Below, piece after piece: positions 1 to 9,576 of a DNA stretch of 64,000 bases. Position 1 is the stretch's first letter. Each line of letters begins with the position of its first letter. Position numbers and translations under genes: made by a program. Source of the stretch: Candidatus Cloacimonadota bacterium (lineage in GTDB: Bacteria > Cloacimonadota > Cloacimonadia > G963667145); NCBI GenBank assembly GCA_963676615.1, contig OY781092.1, forward strand, positions 1,506,357 through 1,570,356, in the 5' to 3' direction. Below the pieces are notes generated by a model that had not been told where the DNA came from, made no database searches, and saw only the letters and a program-made list of their open reading frames with translations.

Positions 1-1
1 A

Positions 2-649
2 AAAAAACCAGACAATATTCAAGAATGGTCAGATAGCACAATTCTGAAAAAAATTAAAGAAAATGAATTCTTTAAAAAAGGTATTGTAAATATATTTTTT
101 GAAGGTGCAACAATTCCATTTTTAGCTGATACAATTCCCTTGTTTGAATTGAAAAAACTGAGTATTTCAAAGTTAAAATTTGAAATACCAGAAATGATAG
201 ACAGTCTGATTAGATACAAGGAGAAAGGAAGTTATTCTGGTAAGAAAGGTAATAATCCAGAAATAATAGTTGAAGAAATTTTAAATAGATTAGGTATTCC
301 TTTTGAAACAGGAGATTTAACTGAACTTATAGATAATGCTCCTGATAACAAAAGAACTATGGATTTTATTATCCCGAATAAACACAATCCTTTGATTATA
401 GCGGAAAGCTCATTTCTTGCTACTACTTCATCCGGGCAAGGAGACAAATCAAAAACAGAAATTTCAATTGACAGTTTAATTAAGGAGCATTATCCAACTG
501 CTTCGTTTATTGGTTTTGTTGATGGTATTGGTTGGTATGTGAGAAAAGGAGATTTGAAAAGAATGGTTACTGCTTATGAGGATGTTTTCACATTCCACCC
601 TGATGAACTCCAAAGATTTGAAAAACTATTAATCGAAAAGCTAAAATAA
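2..649 (+). CDS. Putative type II restriction endonuclease (PD-(D/E)XK-type, DpnII-like C-terminus), 5'-truncated by the window edge
   Basis: Frame is open from base 2 (KKPDNIQEWSDST...), upstream of the 140 start in the ORF track. The motif series RTMDFII...IIAESSF..TSSGQGDK...FVDGIGW resembles the DpnII/MboI-family catalytic region. A DNA methyltransferase is in the same operon. Confidence 0.65.
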   Translation, partial: KKPDNIQEWSDSTILKKIKENEFFKKGIVNIFFEGATIPFLADTIPLFELKKLSISKLKFEIPEMIDSLIRYKEKGSYSGKKGNNPEIIVEEILNRLGIPFETGDLTELIDNAPDNKRTMDFIIPNKHNPLIIAESSFLATTSSGQGDKSKTEISIDSLIKEHYPTASFIGFVDGIGWYVRKGDLKRMVTAYEDVFTFHPDELQRFEKLLIEKLK

Positions 650-2304
650 TGAGTGAAATAAAATACGAATTTTCAGGTATTGGGTCTATTATAAAAAACA
701 AAGATTTAAAGGTGCCTATTCATCAAAGGCCTTATTCATGGGAACAGGACAATGTTGAAGCGTTGTTGAATGATATAAAGTTAAATTTTAATGAGGATGA
801 GTATTTTCTCGGAACAATAGTTTTAACAGAAAATGGTTCTATTAATGAGATCGTTGATGGGCAGCAAAGAATTACCACAGTTTCATTATTATATGCTTGT
901 ATTCGTGACCTTTTTAGCGAAGATAAGGATTCCGAGGATATTCAAACAAAATATTTAAGTTCATATGATATAAGAACGAAAGACTACTTACCTAAACTTG
1001 AATTAAGTCAACAAGACAATGATTTTTATAGGGAACTTGTCATAAACAAAAATAATAGTGTAAAAACACAAAGAGGATCTAACGAAAAAATTCAAAGTGC
1101 ATATAACTTCATAAATGATTATATTAAAAGGGTTTTATCTAATAATAACGATGATGAAAATGTACTAATAGACTGGAAAGATTTTATTGATGAGAAATTA
1201 AAAGTCGTAACAATATCTGTTCCAACTGATACAAACGCTTTTACAATATTTGAGACTCTTAACGATAGAGGTTTAGCATTAGCACAAATTGATTTATTAA
1301 AAAATTATTTATATAGTAAAGCTAATAATAGATTGGATGAGGTTCAAAAATCATGGCTTGAATTAATGTCAAAAATTGAATCAGAAGATGAAGGATTATT
1401 ATTGACTTATATCAAACATTACTGGTTTACTAATTATTATTTTGTTCGGGAAAGAAATAATGAGCTCTTTAAAAGTATAAAATCAGATATTAAAACATCA
1501 ACAGCAGTTACAACATTTGTTAATAATCTAAAAAATGATGTTGACTTATATCTGGCAATTATAAATCATAATAGCTCATTATGGGATGGTTATGACAATG
1601 TATGCAAACAACACATTGAAACACTTAATTATTTTAACTTAGAGCAATACAGACCATTAGTATTTTCTATTTTAAAAAAATTCACACCGGAAGAAGTAAA
1701 AAAGTCACTAAAATTAATAGTGTCATGGTTAGTAAGAAACCTAATTGTTGGAGCTATGGGAGGTGGAACATTAGAAAAAGCTTATGCGGAAAAAGCAAAA
1801 GCAATTTTTGATGAAAATATTAAATCTGCATCAGATTTAAGAGATTCTCTTTCTTCGATTATACCACAAGATAAAGGGTTTAAAGAACAATTTAAAATTG
1901 CCAATGTTAGTAAAGCAAAGAATGCAAGGTATTACCTGGCTGCAATCGAAAACTTCAAACGTGGAGAGAATAATCCGGAATTATTAGTGAACTTAAATCC
2001 TGATTCTGTTAATTTAGAACATATTCTTCCTCAAAACCCAGAGAATAACTACCCAGAGTTTACAAAAGAACAACATTCTTCATATTATAAAAAAATAGGG
2101 AATTTGACATTAATGAAAACAAAAGAAAACAATGAATTTAAAAGCTCAAAGTTTAATGATAAAAAATTAAAATTTAAAGAATCGGAACTATGGATAACTA
2201 ATTCTTTATCTGAACTTTCAAAATGGGATATTGAAGAAATTGAAAAAAGACAAAATGAATTGGCAGAATTAGCAATAGAAACTTGGAGTTTAAAATTTAA
2301 TTAA
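649..2304 (+). CDS. GmrSD-family DUF262 + DUF1524 (HNH) protein, putative modification-dependent (type IV) restriction nuclease
   Basis: DUF262 motifs VPIHQRPYSW, IVDGQQR and FETLNDRG; C-terminal DUF1524/HNH motif LEHILPQ...IGNLTL...N. The start overlaps the upstream stop (TAATG). Confidence 0.9.
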   Translation: MSEIKYEFSGIGSIIKNKDLKVPIHQRPYSWEQDNVEALLNDIKLNFNEDEYFLGTIVLTENGSINEIVDGQQRITTVSLLYACIRDLFSEDKDSEDIQTKYLSSYDIRTKDYLPKLELSQQDNDFYRELVINKNNSVKTQRGSNEKIQSAYNFINDYIKRVLSNNNDDENVLIDWKDFIDEKLKVVTISVPTDTNAFTIFETLNDRGLALAQIDLLKNYLYSKANNRLDEVQKSWLELMSKIESEDEGLLLTYIKHYWFTNYYFVRERNNELFKSIKSDIKTSTAVTTFVNNLKNDVDLYLAIINHNSSLWDGYDNVCKQHIETLNYFNLEQYRPLVFSILKKFTPEEVKKSLKLIVSWLVRNLIVGAMGGGTLEKAYAEKAKAIFDENIKSASDLRDSLSSIIPQDKGFKEQFKIANVSKAKNARYYLAAIENFKRGENNPELLVNLNPDSVNLEHILPQNPENNYPEFTKEQHSSYYKKIGNLTLMKTKENNEFKSSKFNDKKLKFKESELWITNSLSELSKWDIEEIEKRQNELAELAIETWSLKFN

Positions 2305-2305
2305 A

Positions 2306-3295
2306 ATGATTGAAAATTATATAAATAGAATAATACTAGGGGATTGTTTGGAAACATTCAAAAAAATTCCCGATAATTCGGTAGATATGACATTTGCTGA
2401 CCCTCCGTTTAATCTCAAAAAGAGTTATCGCTCTTACAAAGACAGATTAGAGTTTCAGGAATACTTGAATTGGAGTGAAAAATGGATTTCCGAAATGGTA
2501 AGAGTTACAAAGCCAACAGGTTCTATTTTTGTTCATAATATTCCTAAATGGTTAACTTATTATGCTACATTCCTAAATGAATTCGCTCATTTCAAACATT
2601 GGATTTCATGGGATGCTCCAACTGCTCCGATGGGTAAATCATTACAACCAGCAAATTATGGTATTTTGTTTTATGGGAAAGAAGAAAAGGGAACAAAAAT
2701 TAATGAATTAAGATACCCACACAAAAGAGATAGGAAACAAGGTTATTTGTTAAAAGATTATGGAGGAAAAAAAGATAAATTACATCCTTTTGGACCCTTG
2801 ATTTCTGATGTTTGGACTGATATCCATAGAATAAAGCACAACAAAAAAAGAGACCCACATCCTTGTCAATTACCAATCCACCTTTTGGATAGATTAATAT
2901 TACTTTCAACAGATGAAAATGATATTGTTCTTGACCCATTTTCTGGAACAGGAACAACTGCAATATCTGCAAAACGACTTGGTCGAAAATATATTGGTTT
3001 AGAATTAGACCCTGATTATGTAAGAATATCGCAAGAGAAACTAGATTATGTAGAACCTAATTATAAACTTGGTGACAGCTATGTGAGTTTTTATTTAAAA
3101 GATATTGTAACAATTAGGAATAAAGATTGGGAACAACTTATTGAATATTTTGATATTCCTGAACCTATGAAAACAATCGACTATGCAAAAACAAAATTGA
3201 AGGATAAAAGATTGCTACCAAAAGCTGAAGAAATTGTTTATAAGGTTAGAAAATACAGTTCAGAAATGGCTATTGAAAATACGGTCATTCTATGA
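2306..3295 (+). CDS. Site-specific DNA methyltransferase (m6A/m4C, beta class)
   Basis: N-terminal ILGDCL and catalytic DPPF; HPCQLP; SAM-binding VLDPFSGTGTT followed by YIGLELD. This order is the beta arrangement. Confidence 0.93.
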   Translation: MIENYINRIILGDCLETFKKIPDNSVDMTFADPPFNLKKSYRSYKDRLEFQEYLNWSEKWISEMVRVTKPTGSIFVHNIPKWLTYYATFLNEFAHFKHWISWDAPTAPMGKSLQPANYGILFYGKEEKGTKINELRYPHKRDRKQGYLLKDYGGKKDKLHPFGPLISDVWTDIHRIKHNKKRDPHPCQLPIHLLDRLILLSTDENDIVLDPFSGTGTTAISAKRLGRKYIGLELDPDYVRISQEKLDYVEPNYKLGDSYVSFYLKDIVTIRNKDWEQLIEYFDIPEPMKTIDYAKTKLKDKRLLPKAEEIVYKVRKYSSEMAIENTVIL

Positions 3296-3346
3296 TTTGT
3301 TAATTTTTGCCACATTATAAATGAAACAAAATTAAAGGAGAATTTT

Positions 3347-4051
3347 ATGCAACAAAATGCAGTTTATACAAATCAAGCGGCGGAGCAGTCGCTGGTGGCT
3401 CGCTTTATGTACGCCACATATCTGTGGATGGGCATCGGGCTTTTCATCACGGGGCTTGTGGCGATGATTGTCGCTTCCAGCCAAACTTTGCTCTCGTTTT
3501 TCTACTACAACCGCTTCTTGCTTTTTGGCGTGATGATCGCAGAGTTGGCGCTGGTATTTTACCTGGCGTCTCGCATAATGAAAATGGAATACAGCAAAGC
3601 CCGCAACCTGTTTTTGGTTTATGCGGCTCTCAACGGAATCTCGATGGCAGGCATCTTTATCGTTTACACCGGCTCGACCATCGCCTCGGCATTCTTCGTA
3701 ACGGCTGGCACTTTTGGCGCGATGTGCCTCTACGGCTATATCACCAAAACCGACCTTTCCAGATTTGGCAACATCTTATTTATGGGGCTCATCGGCATCG
3801 TAATCGCCTCAATCGTGAATATGTTCGTCGCCTCCAGCGCCCTGAGCAAAGCTATCTCTTACCTCGGCGTGCTGCTATTTTGCGCAATCACCGCCTACGA
3901 CACACAATATTTGAAGCGAATCGCGCTCTCCACAGACGACGAAAGCTCGCTCCTCAAGCTCTCGCTCTTTGGGGCGTTGAAGCTGTATCTGGACTTCATC
4001 AATATGTTTATTTTTATTTTGCGCATAATGGGTATGGGCAATCGAGACTAA
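3347..4051 (+). CDS. Bax inhibitor-1/YccA family membrane protein
   Basis: About seven hydrophobic segments; motifs YGYITKTDLS, TAYDTQ and GALKLYLDFINMF; AAGGAG RBS upstream. Confidence 0.92.
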   Translation: MQQNAVYTNQAAEQSLVARFMYATYLWMGIGLFITGLVAMIVASSQTLLSFFYYNRFLLFGVMIAELALVFYLASRIMKMEYSKARNLFLVYAALNGISMAGIFIVYTGSTIASAFFVTAGTFGAMCLYGYITKTDLSRFGNILFMGLIGIVIASIVNMFVASSALSKAISYLGVLLFCAITAYDTQYLKRIALSTDDESSLLKLSLFGALKLYLDFINMFIFILRIMGMGNRD

Positions 4052-4073
4052 AAAATCTTTTTAAGGAGAAATT

Positions 4074-4451
4074 ATGAAAGAGTTGATCAAAACAGACAAA
4101 GCCCCTGCGGCTATCGGACCTTACTCGCAAGCGGCGAAAGTTGGGAACTTGCTATTCGTTTCGGGACAGTTGCCGCTGGATCCAGCCACGATGGAATTTG
4201 CAGGAGACGACATCGCCAGCCAAACCGAGCAATCGCTAAAAAATCTTGTGGCAATCGTTGAGGCAGCAGGCTCTTCTATCGAAAAAATCGTGAAAGTGAA
4301 CATCTTTTTGGCAGACATCAAAGAGTTCGCCGCAATGAACGAGGTTTACGCAAAATTTTTCACAACAAATCCGCCAGCTCGTGCAGCGGTGGAGGTTGCG
4401 AACTTGCCAAAATACGCCAAAGTTGAGATTGAGGCTGTGGCTGAGTGTTAA
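4074..4451 (+). CDS. ridA: RidA family (YjgF/YER057c/UK114) enamine/imine deaminase
   Basis: APAAIGPYSQA, VSGQLP, MNEVYAKFF, PARAAVEV, VEIEAVA. Confidence 0.95.
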   Translation: MKELIKTDKAPAAIGPYSQAAKVGNLLFVSGQLPLDPATMEFAGDDIASQTEQSLKNLVAIVEAAGSSIEKIVKVNIFLADIKEFAAMNEVYAKFFTTNPPARAAVEVANLPKYAKVEIEAVAEC

Positions 4452-5221
4452 CATATCCAAAATTCGACCCCACTATCATCCGCATCGGCTTTTTGCAGGT
4501 GCGTTGGTATGGGGTTTGTTATTTGGTCAGCATAATTTTTGGCTACTTTTTCTATCGGAAAACTTTGCTCTCTCGCGGCGTTGAAATCAGCAAAAAAGAT
4601 TACGAAGACCTAATCTTCTTCGTCGTTTTGGGCATAATCTTCGGCGGGCGCTTCGGCTATGTTTTGTTTTATAACCTCTCGTATTACCTCAAAAATCCGT
4701 TGGAAATTTTGGCAGTTTGGCACGGAGGAATGAGCTTCCACGGCGGCGCTCTGGGCGTAATGATTTTTGGTGGCTACTTCGCCTACAAACATCGCTACAG
4801 CTTTAGCAAATTGGCAGACGCCATAACGCCATATTTGGCAGTCGGACTAGGAATGGGACGCCTTGGCAATTTCATCAACGGCGAGCTTTTCGGCAGAATC
4901 TCTGATGTCCCCTGGGCGATGGTTTTTCCCACAGGCGGCGTGCTGCCTCGTCATCCCTCGCAGCTATATGAGCTCTTTTTGGAAGGAATCGTCTTAGGGC
5001 TGATTTGCTGGTTCGCCCTCAAAAAAATCAAGACAGACGGCGTCGTCTTTTGGCTGTTCATCGGTCTCTACGGCGTCTTTCGAATGTTTGTCGAAAACTT
5101 CCGCCAGCCAGATGCACAGCTGGGCTTCATCCTCTTTGGTTGGCTCACAATGGGGCAACTTTTGAGCTTCCTGATGATTTTCGTGGCGGTTGTTATGATT
5201 GTCCAAAAATATCGACGCTAG
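4445..5221 (+). CDS. lgt: Prolipoprotein diacylglyceryl transferase
   Basis: VRWYG, GGRFGYVLFY, GGMSFHGG, GRLGNFINGELFGR, RHPSQLYE; GTG start overlapping the ridA stop. Confidence 0.96.
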   Translation: MLTYPKFDPTIIRIGFLQVRWYGVCYLVSIIFGYFFYRKTLLSRGVEISKKDYEDLIFFVVLGIIFGGRFGYVLFYNLSYYLKNPLEILAVWHGGMSFHGGALGVMIFGGYFAYKHRYSFSKLADAITPYLAVGLGMGRLGNFINGELFGRISDVPWAMVFPTGGVLPRHPSQLYELFLEGIVLGLICWFALKKIKTDGVVFWLFIGLYGVFRMFVENFRQPDAQLGFILFGWLTMGQLLSFLMIFVAVVMIVQKYRR

Positions 5222-5228
5222 GCAAAAA

Positions 5229-5804
5229 ATGCGGGCAAAAACTTTCTGGAAAGCGCTGATTTGCAGTGCTTTCCTTTTTTTCTGTGGATGTAGCGTGAGT
5301 GTCAGCCAGTTTGCGCCGCAAGAGCTGCAAAACCAAGCAGAAAAATGGCAATCTATCACCCTTAGAGGCGATGCCACGCTCTGGGAAGACGGCAAAAAGC
5401 TGCGCCAAAAATTTTTCCTTAAAAAGCAAGACAGTTCGCTACAGATGCTTTGCTATGGCGGCGGAGTCGCAGGATTTACGCCCACGCCGACTTTGTCTGT
5501 GCAGGTCACTGGCTCGCAAGTCAGCTATCGCACCAAAACCGTAAACGGGCAGTTGACGCCCGACGACAAGCAAACCAAGTCGCTCTACGCGTTGATTTAT
5601 GCTCTGGCGAACTTGCAACAAATTTATCAAACTCGGCAAATGTCTATCGGCAAAGCGGCGATAACTCTGGACAATCTGGGCAATCCCAGCAAAATCTCCT
5701 GCGGCGGTGTCGTTTTGCAGCTGCAATACAACGATAGCCAGCTAAGCGGGTTGGAGATGTTTTTTGGCTTTCGGAAAGTTTTGCAGGCGAGCTTCCCCAA
5801 TTAA
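5229..5804 (+). CDS. Hypothetical lipoprotein, possibly LolB/DUF4292-like fold
   Basis: MRAK n-region, hydrophobic stretch and lipobox-like FFCG-C. The ATG at 5229 follows the lgt stop and is preferred over 5199. The fold suggestion rests only on a beta-strand-rich pattern. Confidence 0.55.
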   Translation: MRAKTFWKALICSAFLFFCGCSVSVSQFAPQELQNQAEKWQSITLRGDATLWEDGKKLRQKFFLKKQDSSLQMLCYGGGVAGFTPTPTLSVQVTGSQVSYRTKTVNGQLTPDDKQTKSLYALIYALANLQQIYQTRQMSIGKAAITLDNLGNPSKISCGGVVLQLQYNDSQLSGLEMFFGFRKVLQASFPN

Positions 5805-5891
5805 GAGTTGACAGACGAGCAAAATGCTTCTTTTTGGCTTTCAAAAGAGTGAAAATTTTTGAAAAAAATTAACAAATTTAATTAGGAATTT

Positions 5892-7517
5892 ATGAACAGA
5901 AAATCTTATGAACAGGGTCTGAGTTCGACACCTCTGCTGGGACAGACGATAACCCAAAATCTGAAGAAGACAGTTGAAAAATTTCCCGACAATCAGGCGC
6001 TGGTGGTGCCGTATCAAAATTATCGGGCGACTTACAAAGAGTTTTGGTTGCAGATAAACGAGGTGGCAAAGGGGCTTGTGGCTTATGGCGTCAAAAAGGG
6101 TGATCGAGTCGGAATTTGGTCGGCGAACCGTTTCGAGTGGGTGATTATTCAATACGCCACGGCTCGCATCGGCGCGATTATGGTCAATGTTAATCCAGCC
6201 TACAGGGCGCAGGAGCTGAAGTTCGCTCTCAAGCAGTCCGAGGTCAAACTTTTGGTGATGTCAAAAGGTTTTCGCAAGACTAACTATCTGGAGATTTTGA
6301 GCGAGGTGCGCTCTTCGTGCGTTTTTCTGAAAGATATTTTGGTAATCGATCACGATTGGCAGAAGCTGATTGACGAGGGCAGAGCCATTTCCGACGATCA
6401 GATCGAGGCGATCGAGGCAGATTTGGAGTTTGATGAGCCGATAAATATTCAATATACGAGCGGCACGACGGGCTTTCCAAAAGGGACGACGCTTTCGCAT
6501 CACAATATTTTGAACAACGGATTTTTCATCGGCGAACGGCTGGAATATACCGAAAACGACCGCGTGTGCTTGCCCGTTCCGCTGTATCACTGCTTTGGAA
6601 TGGTTTTGGGGAATTTGGCTTGCACGACTCACGGCTGCTGTATGATTCTCACAGGAGAGGCTTTTGATCCGCAAACGGTTGTGGAGACTGTGCAAGCGGA
6701 GAAGGCGACTTCGCTCTATGGCGTGCCGGCGATGTTTATTGCCGAGCTGAATTTGCCGGATATCGACAAATATGATTTTTCGAGTTTGCGCACGGGGATT
6801 ATGGCTGGCTCGCAATGTCCCGAGTCCACGATGCGTGATATTCGCACCAAGATGAATATGAAAGAGGTCGGCATTTGCTATGGGATGACCGAAACTTCGC
6901 CTGTCAGCACGCAAACTTTTTTGGACGATAACGAGCAGCGAAGGTGCGCCACTGTGGGCAAAGTGCATCCGCATTTGGAGATAAAGATTATCAATCCAAA
7001 GACGAAAAAAGTGGTGCATCGGAACATTCCAGGTGAGCTTTGCACGCGTGGATATTCGGTGATGCTCAAATATTGGAACGACCCCGAGGCGACGGCTAGG
7101 GTAATCGACGAGGGAAGATGGATGCACACGGGCGATATGGCGGAGATGGATGAGGACGGCTACATCAAGATTGTCGGCAGAATTAAAGACCTGATTATCC
7201 GCGGCGGCGAGAACATTTCGCCACACGAGATTGAGGAGTATTTGCGAAACCACGACAAGATTTACGATGTGCAGGTTATCGGCGTGCCAGATGATAAATA
7301 CGGCGAGCGCGTGATGGCGTGGATTATCCTCAAGGGTGATTGCACGGTCACCGAAGAGGAGCTGCGGGCGTATTGCAAAGGGCAAATCGCCAGCTACAAA
7401 ATTCCGCATTATTGGAAGTTTGTCGACGATTTCCCGATGACCGTAACGGGCAAAATCCGCAAAGTCGAGATGCGCGAGATTTCCGCAAGAGAGCTGGGGC
7501 TGATACAGCGGCACTAG
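5892..7517 (+). CDS. AMP-binding acyl-CoA synthetase (fatty-acid-CoA ligase family)
   Basis: P-loop YTSGTTGFPKG, YGMTE, HTGD, GRIKDLIIRGGENI, PMTVTGKI. Confidence 0.93.
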   Translation: MNRKSYEQGLSSTPLLGQTITQNLKKTVEKFPDNQALVVPYQNYRATYKEFWLQINEVAKGLVAYGVKKGDRVGIWSANRFEWVIIQYATARIGAIMVNVNPAYRAQELKFALKQSEVKLLVMSKGFRKTNYLEILSEVRSSCVFLKDILVIDHDWQKLIDEGRAISDDQIEAIEADLEFDEPINIQYTSGTTGFPKGTTLSHHNILNNGFFIGERLEYTENDRVCLPVPLYHCFGMVLGNLACTTHGCCMILTGEAFDPQTVVETVQAEKATSLYGVPAMFIAELNLPDIDKYDFSSLRTGIMAGSQCPESTMRDIRTKMNMKEVGICYGMTETSPVSTQTFLDDNEQRRCATVGKVHPHLEIKIINPKTKKVVHRNIPGELCTRGYSVMLKYWNDPEATARVIDEGRWMHTGDMAEMDEDGYIKIVGRIKDLIIRGGENISPHEIEEYLRNHDKIYDVQVIGVPDDKYGERVMAWIILKGDCTVTEEELRAYCKGQIASYKIPHYWKFVDDFPMTVTGKIRKVEMREISARELGLIQRH

Positions 7518-7588
7518 CCTTTGGCGGCAAATAAAAGTTGACAGAGCAAGGCGCAGGCGTTCTCTTGTCTTCATAATTATAAAGAAAA

Positions 7589-7722
7589 AACTTCAGGGCA
7601 GGGTGAAATTCCCGACCGGCGGTGACAGTCCGCGAGTTTTGTTTTTTTTACCTAAAAAAGAAAAGCGAAGCTGACTTGGTGCAAATCCAAGACCGATAGT
7701 TAAAGTCTAGATGAGAGAAGTT
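7589..7722 (+). promoter_or_regulatory. FMN riboswitch (RFN element)
   Basis: Consensus blocks CTTCAGGGCAGGGTGAAATTCCCGACCGGCGGT..AGTCCGCGA and CTGA.TTGGTG..AATCCAA.ACCGA.AGT.AAAGTCT.GATG.GAGAAG. P1 is AACTTC/GAAGTT. It lies directly upstream of the rib operon. Confidence 0.97.
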
Positions 7723-7742
7723 GGCTAAAAATTTTTTTGGAA

Positions 7743-7779
7743 GCACTTGCCTTGGAGAAACCAGGGTGAGTGTTTTTTT
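7743..7779 (+). terminator. Riboswitch expression-platform intrinsic terminator
   Basis: 13-bp stem GCACTTGCCTTGG-agaaa-CCAGGGTGAGTGT (with G-U pairs) plus a T-tract, between the aptamer and the ribD ATG. Confidence 0.8.
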
Positions 7780-7790
7780 GTGGGAAAAAG

Positions 7791-8912
7791 ATGAGTTACG
7801 ACGAAAAATTTATGCTGCGAGCGCTAGAGATTGCTGAGCTTGGGAAAGGGTGCACCAATCCAAATCCGATGGTCGGAGCGGTGATTGTCTACCAGGGCAA
7901 AATCGTGGCAGAGGGCTATCATCAGGCGTATGGACAGCCGCATGCCGAGGTGAACGCTTTGCGGGTTGCGGGCAAGCGGAGTAAGGGCGCAGAGCTTTAT
8001 GTGACGCTGGAGCCTTGCTCGCATTATGGCAAAACGCCGCCTTGCGCACTGGCGATCATCGAGGCGGGCATCCGCAAAGTTTATATCGGCGCCACTGACC
8101 CCAATCCGTTGGTTGCGGGAGCGGGCATCGACCTTTTGCAAAAGGCGGGAATCGCCGTGCAGAGCGATTTGATGACCAGCAAAGTGCAGCGGCAGAACGA
8201 GTTTTTTTGGCATTACATCACGAAGAAAAAGCCGTTTGTTATCTTTAAATCGGCAGCGTCGCTGGACGGCAAAACGGCAACGGCGACGGGCGAATCGCAG
8301 TGGATTACTTGCCCAGAATCTCGTGCTTTGGTGCATCGTTTGCGGCAGTCTGTTGCGGCGGTGCTGGTCGGAGCTGGCACAGTTTTGGCGGACGATCCGT
8401 CGCTCACGGCACGGCAAAACGGAGCGATTGTCGGCGAGCCGTATCGCATCGTGATGGACGCATTTGGTTCAGCGCCGCTCTCGTCAAAGATTTTTGCACA
8501 ACCAACGCCGTCTAAGACGATTATGGTGTGCAGTCAGGCGCTCGATTTTGCGAAAAAAAAAGCTTACGAAAAACTGGGAGCGACGGTGCTGCAGGTTGCA
8601 GAGCAGCAGGGCAAACTTTCGATTTGGCAGACCTTGGAGCTTTTGGGCAAAATGAAAATCGACTCTCTGCTTTTGGAAGGCGGCGCAACTCTAGCCAGCT
8701 CGTTTTTGCATAGTGGAGCGATCAACAAGTTTTGCTTTTTCTTTGCTCCCAAAATTTTGGCAGGTCATCAGCCGCTGTCGATTTTTGCAGGAAAGGGAGT
8801 CGAGTCGCTTTCTGCGGCGCCAGATTTGTCGATAGATTCGGTCGAAAAAGTGGGCTGCGATTTGCTGGTTACGGCGTATGCAAAAAAGGAGTGCGGATGT
8901 TCACAGGGATAG
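7791..8912 (+). CDS. ribD: Bifunctional pyrimidine deaminase/reductase RibD
   Basis: PNPMVGAV, HAE, LEPCSHYGKTPPC, SLDGK, LLEGG. ATG 7791 is preferred because the track's 7770 start lies inside the terminator. Confidence 0.95.
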   Translation: MSYDEKFMLRALEIAELGKGCTNPNPMVGAVIVYQGKIVAEGYHQAYGQPHAEVNALRVAGKRSKGAELYVTLEPCSHYGKTPPCALAIIEAGIRKVYIGATDPNPLVAGAGIDLLQKAGIAVQSDLMTSKVQRQNEFFWHYITKKKPFVIFKSAASLDGKTATATGESQWITCPESRALVHRLRQSVAAVLVGAGTVLADDPSLTARQNGAIVGEPYRIVMDAFGSAPLSSKIFAQPTPSKTIMVCSQALDFAKKKAYEKLGATVLQVAEQQGKLSIWQTLELLGKMKIDSLLLEGGATLASSFLHSGAINKFCFFFAPKILAGHQPLSIFAGKGVESLSAAPDLSIDSVEKVGCDLLVTAYAKKECGCSQG

Positions 8913-9541
8913 TCGAAGATTTGGGCAAGGTCGTCGGATTCGACAAGCGGGGCGATTTCGGCAGTTTGGAGTTGGTCAGCGCAAAAATCCGCGAGGGTTT
9001 GCAACTTGGGGATAGCGTCGCCACAGACGGCGTTTGCCTCACGGTTCGCCAGCTGCTAGCGGAAAGTTTCGTGATGGATGTGATGCCAGTTTCGTGGCAA
9101 GTCACGACGCTGGGCGATTTGCAGCAGGGGCAGAGCGTCAATCTGGAGCGAGCTTTGCGCGCCGACGGTCGCTTGGGCGGACATTTCGTCACTGGGCATG
9201 TCGATGGTGTGGGTGTTGTGCAAAAAGTTACCGAGCAGGGGAACGCCAAGCTCATCGAGATTTCGGCGGAAGCGGAGCTTCTCGGGGCGTTGGTGCTCAA
9301 GGGTTCAATCACTGTCAGCGGCGTCAGCCTTACGGTGCAGACTCTCTCGCAAAGCAGTTTCGGCGTGTCGATAATTCCGCACACGGCGCAAAACACGATT
9401 TTGGAGAAGGCAACTTTGGGGCAGCGGCTAAATCTGGAGACGGACATTTTGGGGAAATATTGTGTGGCTTTGTTGTCGCACAACTCTTTGCAAAAGCAGG
9501 AGATAACTCCGCAGTTTTTGCAAAATAATGGCTTTTTTTGA
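8897..9541 (+). CDS. ribE: Riboflavin synthase (alpha chain)
   Basis: N-terminus MFTGIVE at the ATG at 8897 with an AAGGAG RBS; GVCLTV, VNLERAL, GGHFVTGHVDG, GVSLTV, NLETD. Confidence 0.95.
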   Translation: MFTGIVEDLGKVVGFDKRGDFGSLELVSAKIREGLQLGDSVATDGVCLTVRQLLAESFVMDVMPVSWQVTTLGDLQQGQSVNLERALRADGRLGGHFVTGHVDGVGVVQKVTEQGNAKLIEISAEAELLGALVLKGSITVSGVSLTVQTLSQSSFGVSIIPHTAQNTILEKATLGQRLNLETDILGKYCVALLSHNSLQKQEITPQFLQNNGFF

Positions 9542-9576
9542 AACAGTTTGGAACGCAAAAATAAAAGGAGGAACGG

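Larger units (their letters stand above)
1..3300. other. AT-rich, probably horizontally acquired defence island
   Basis: Sampled 60-nt lines are 23-38% GC, against ~50% or more from about 3370 onward. The shift is abrupt at the MTase/yccA junction. Confidence 0.75.

Noticed and set aside
2..3295. Assigning GATC or ACGT specificity to the R-M system
   Set aside because: The DpnII-like resemblance is motif-level only and GATC is abundant. The island itself contains an ACGT. Specificity cannot be read from the sequence.
6261..7574. 437-aa minus-strand ORF
   Set aside because: Antisense shadow of the acyl-CoA synthetase, with no recognisable motifs.
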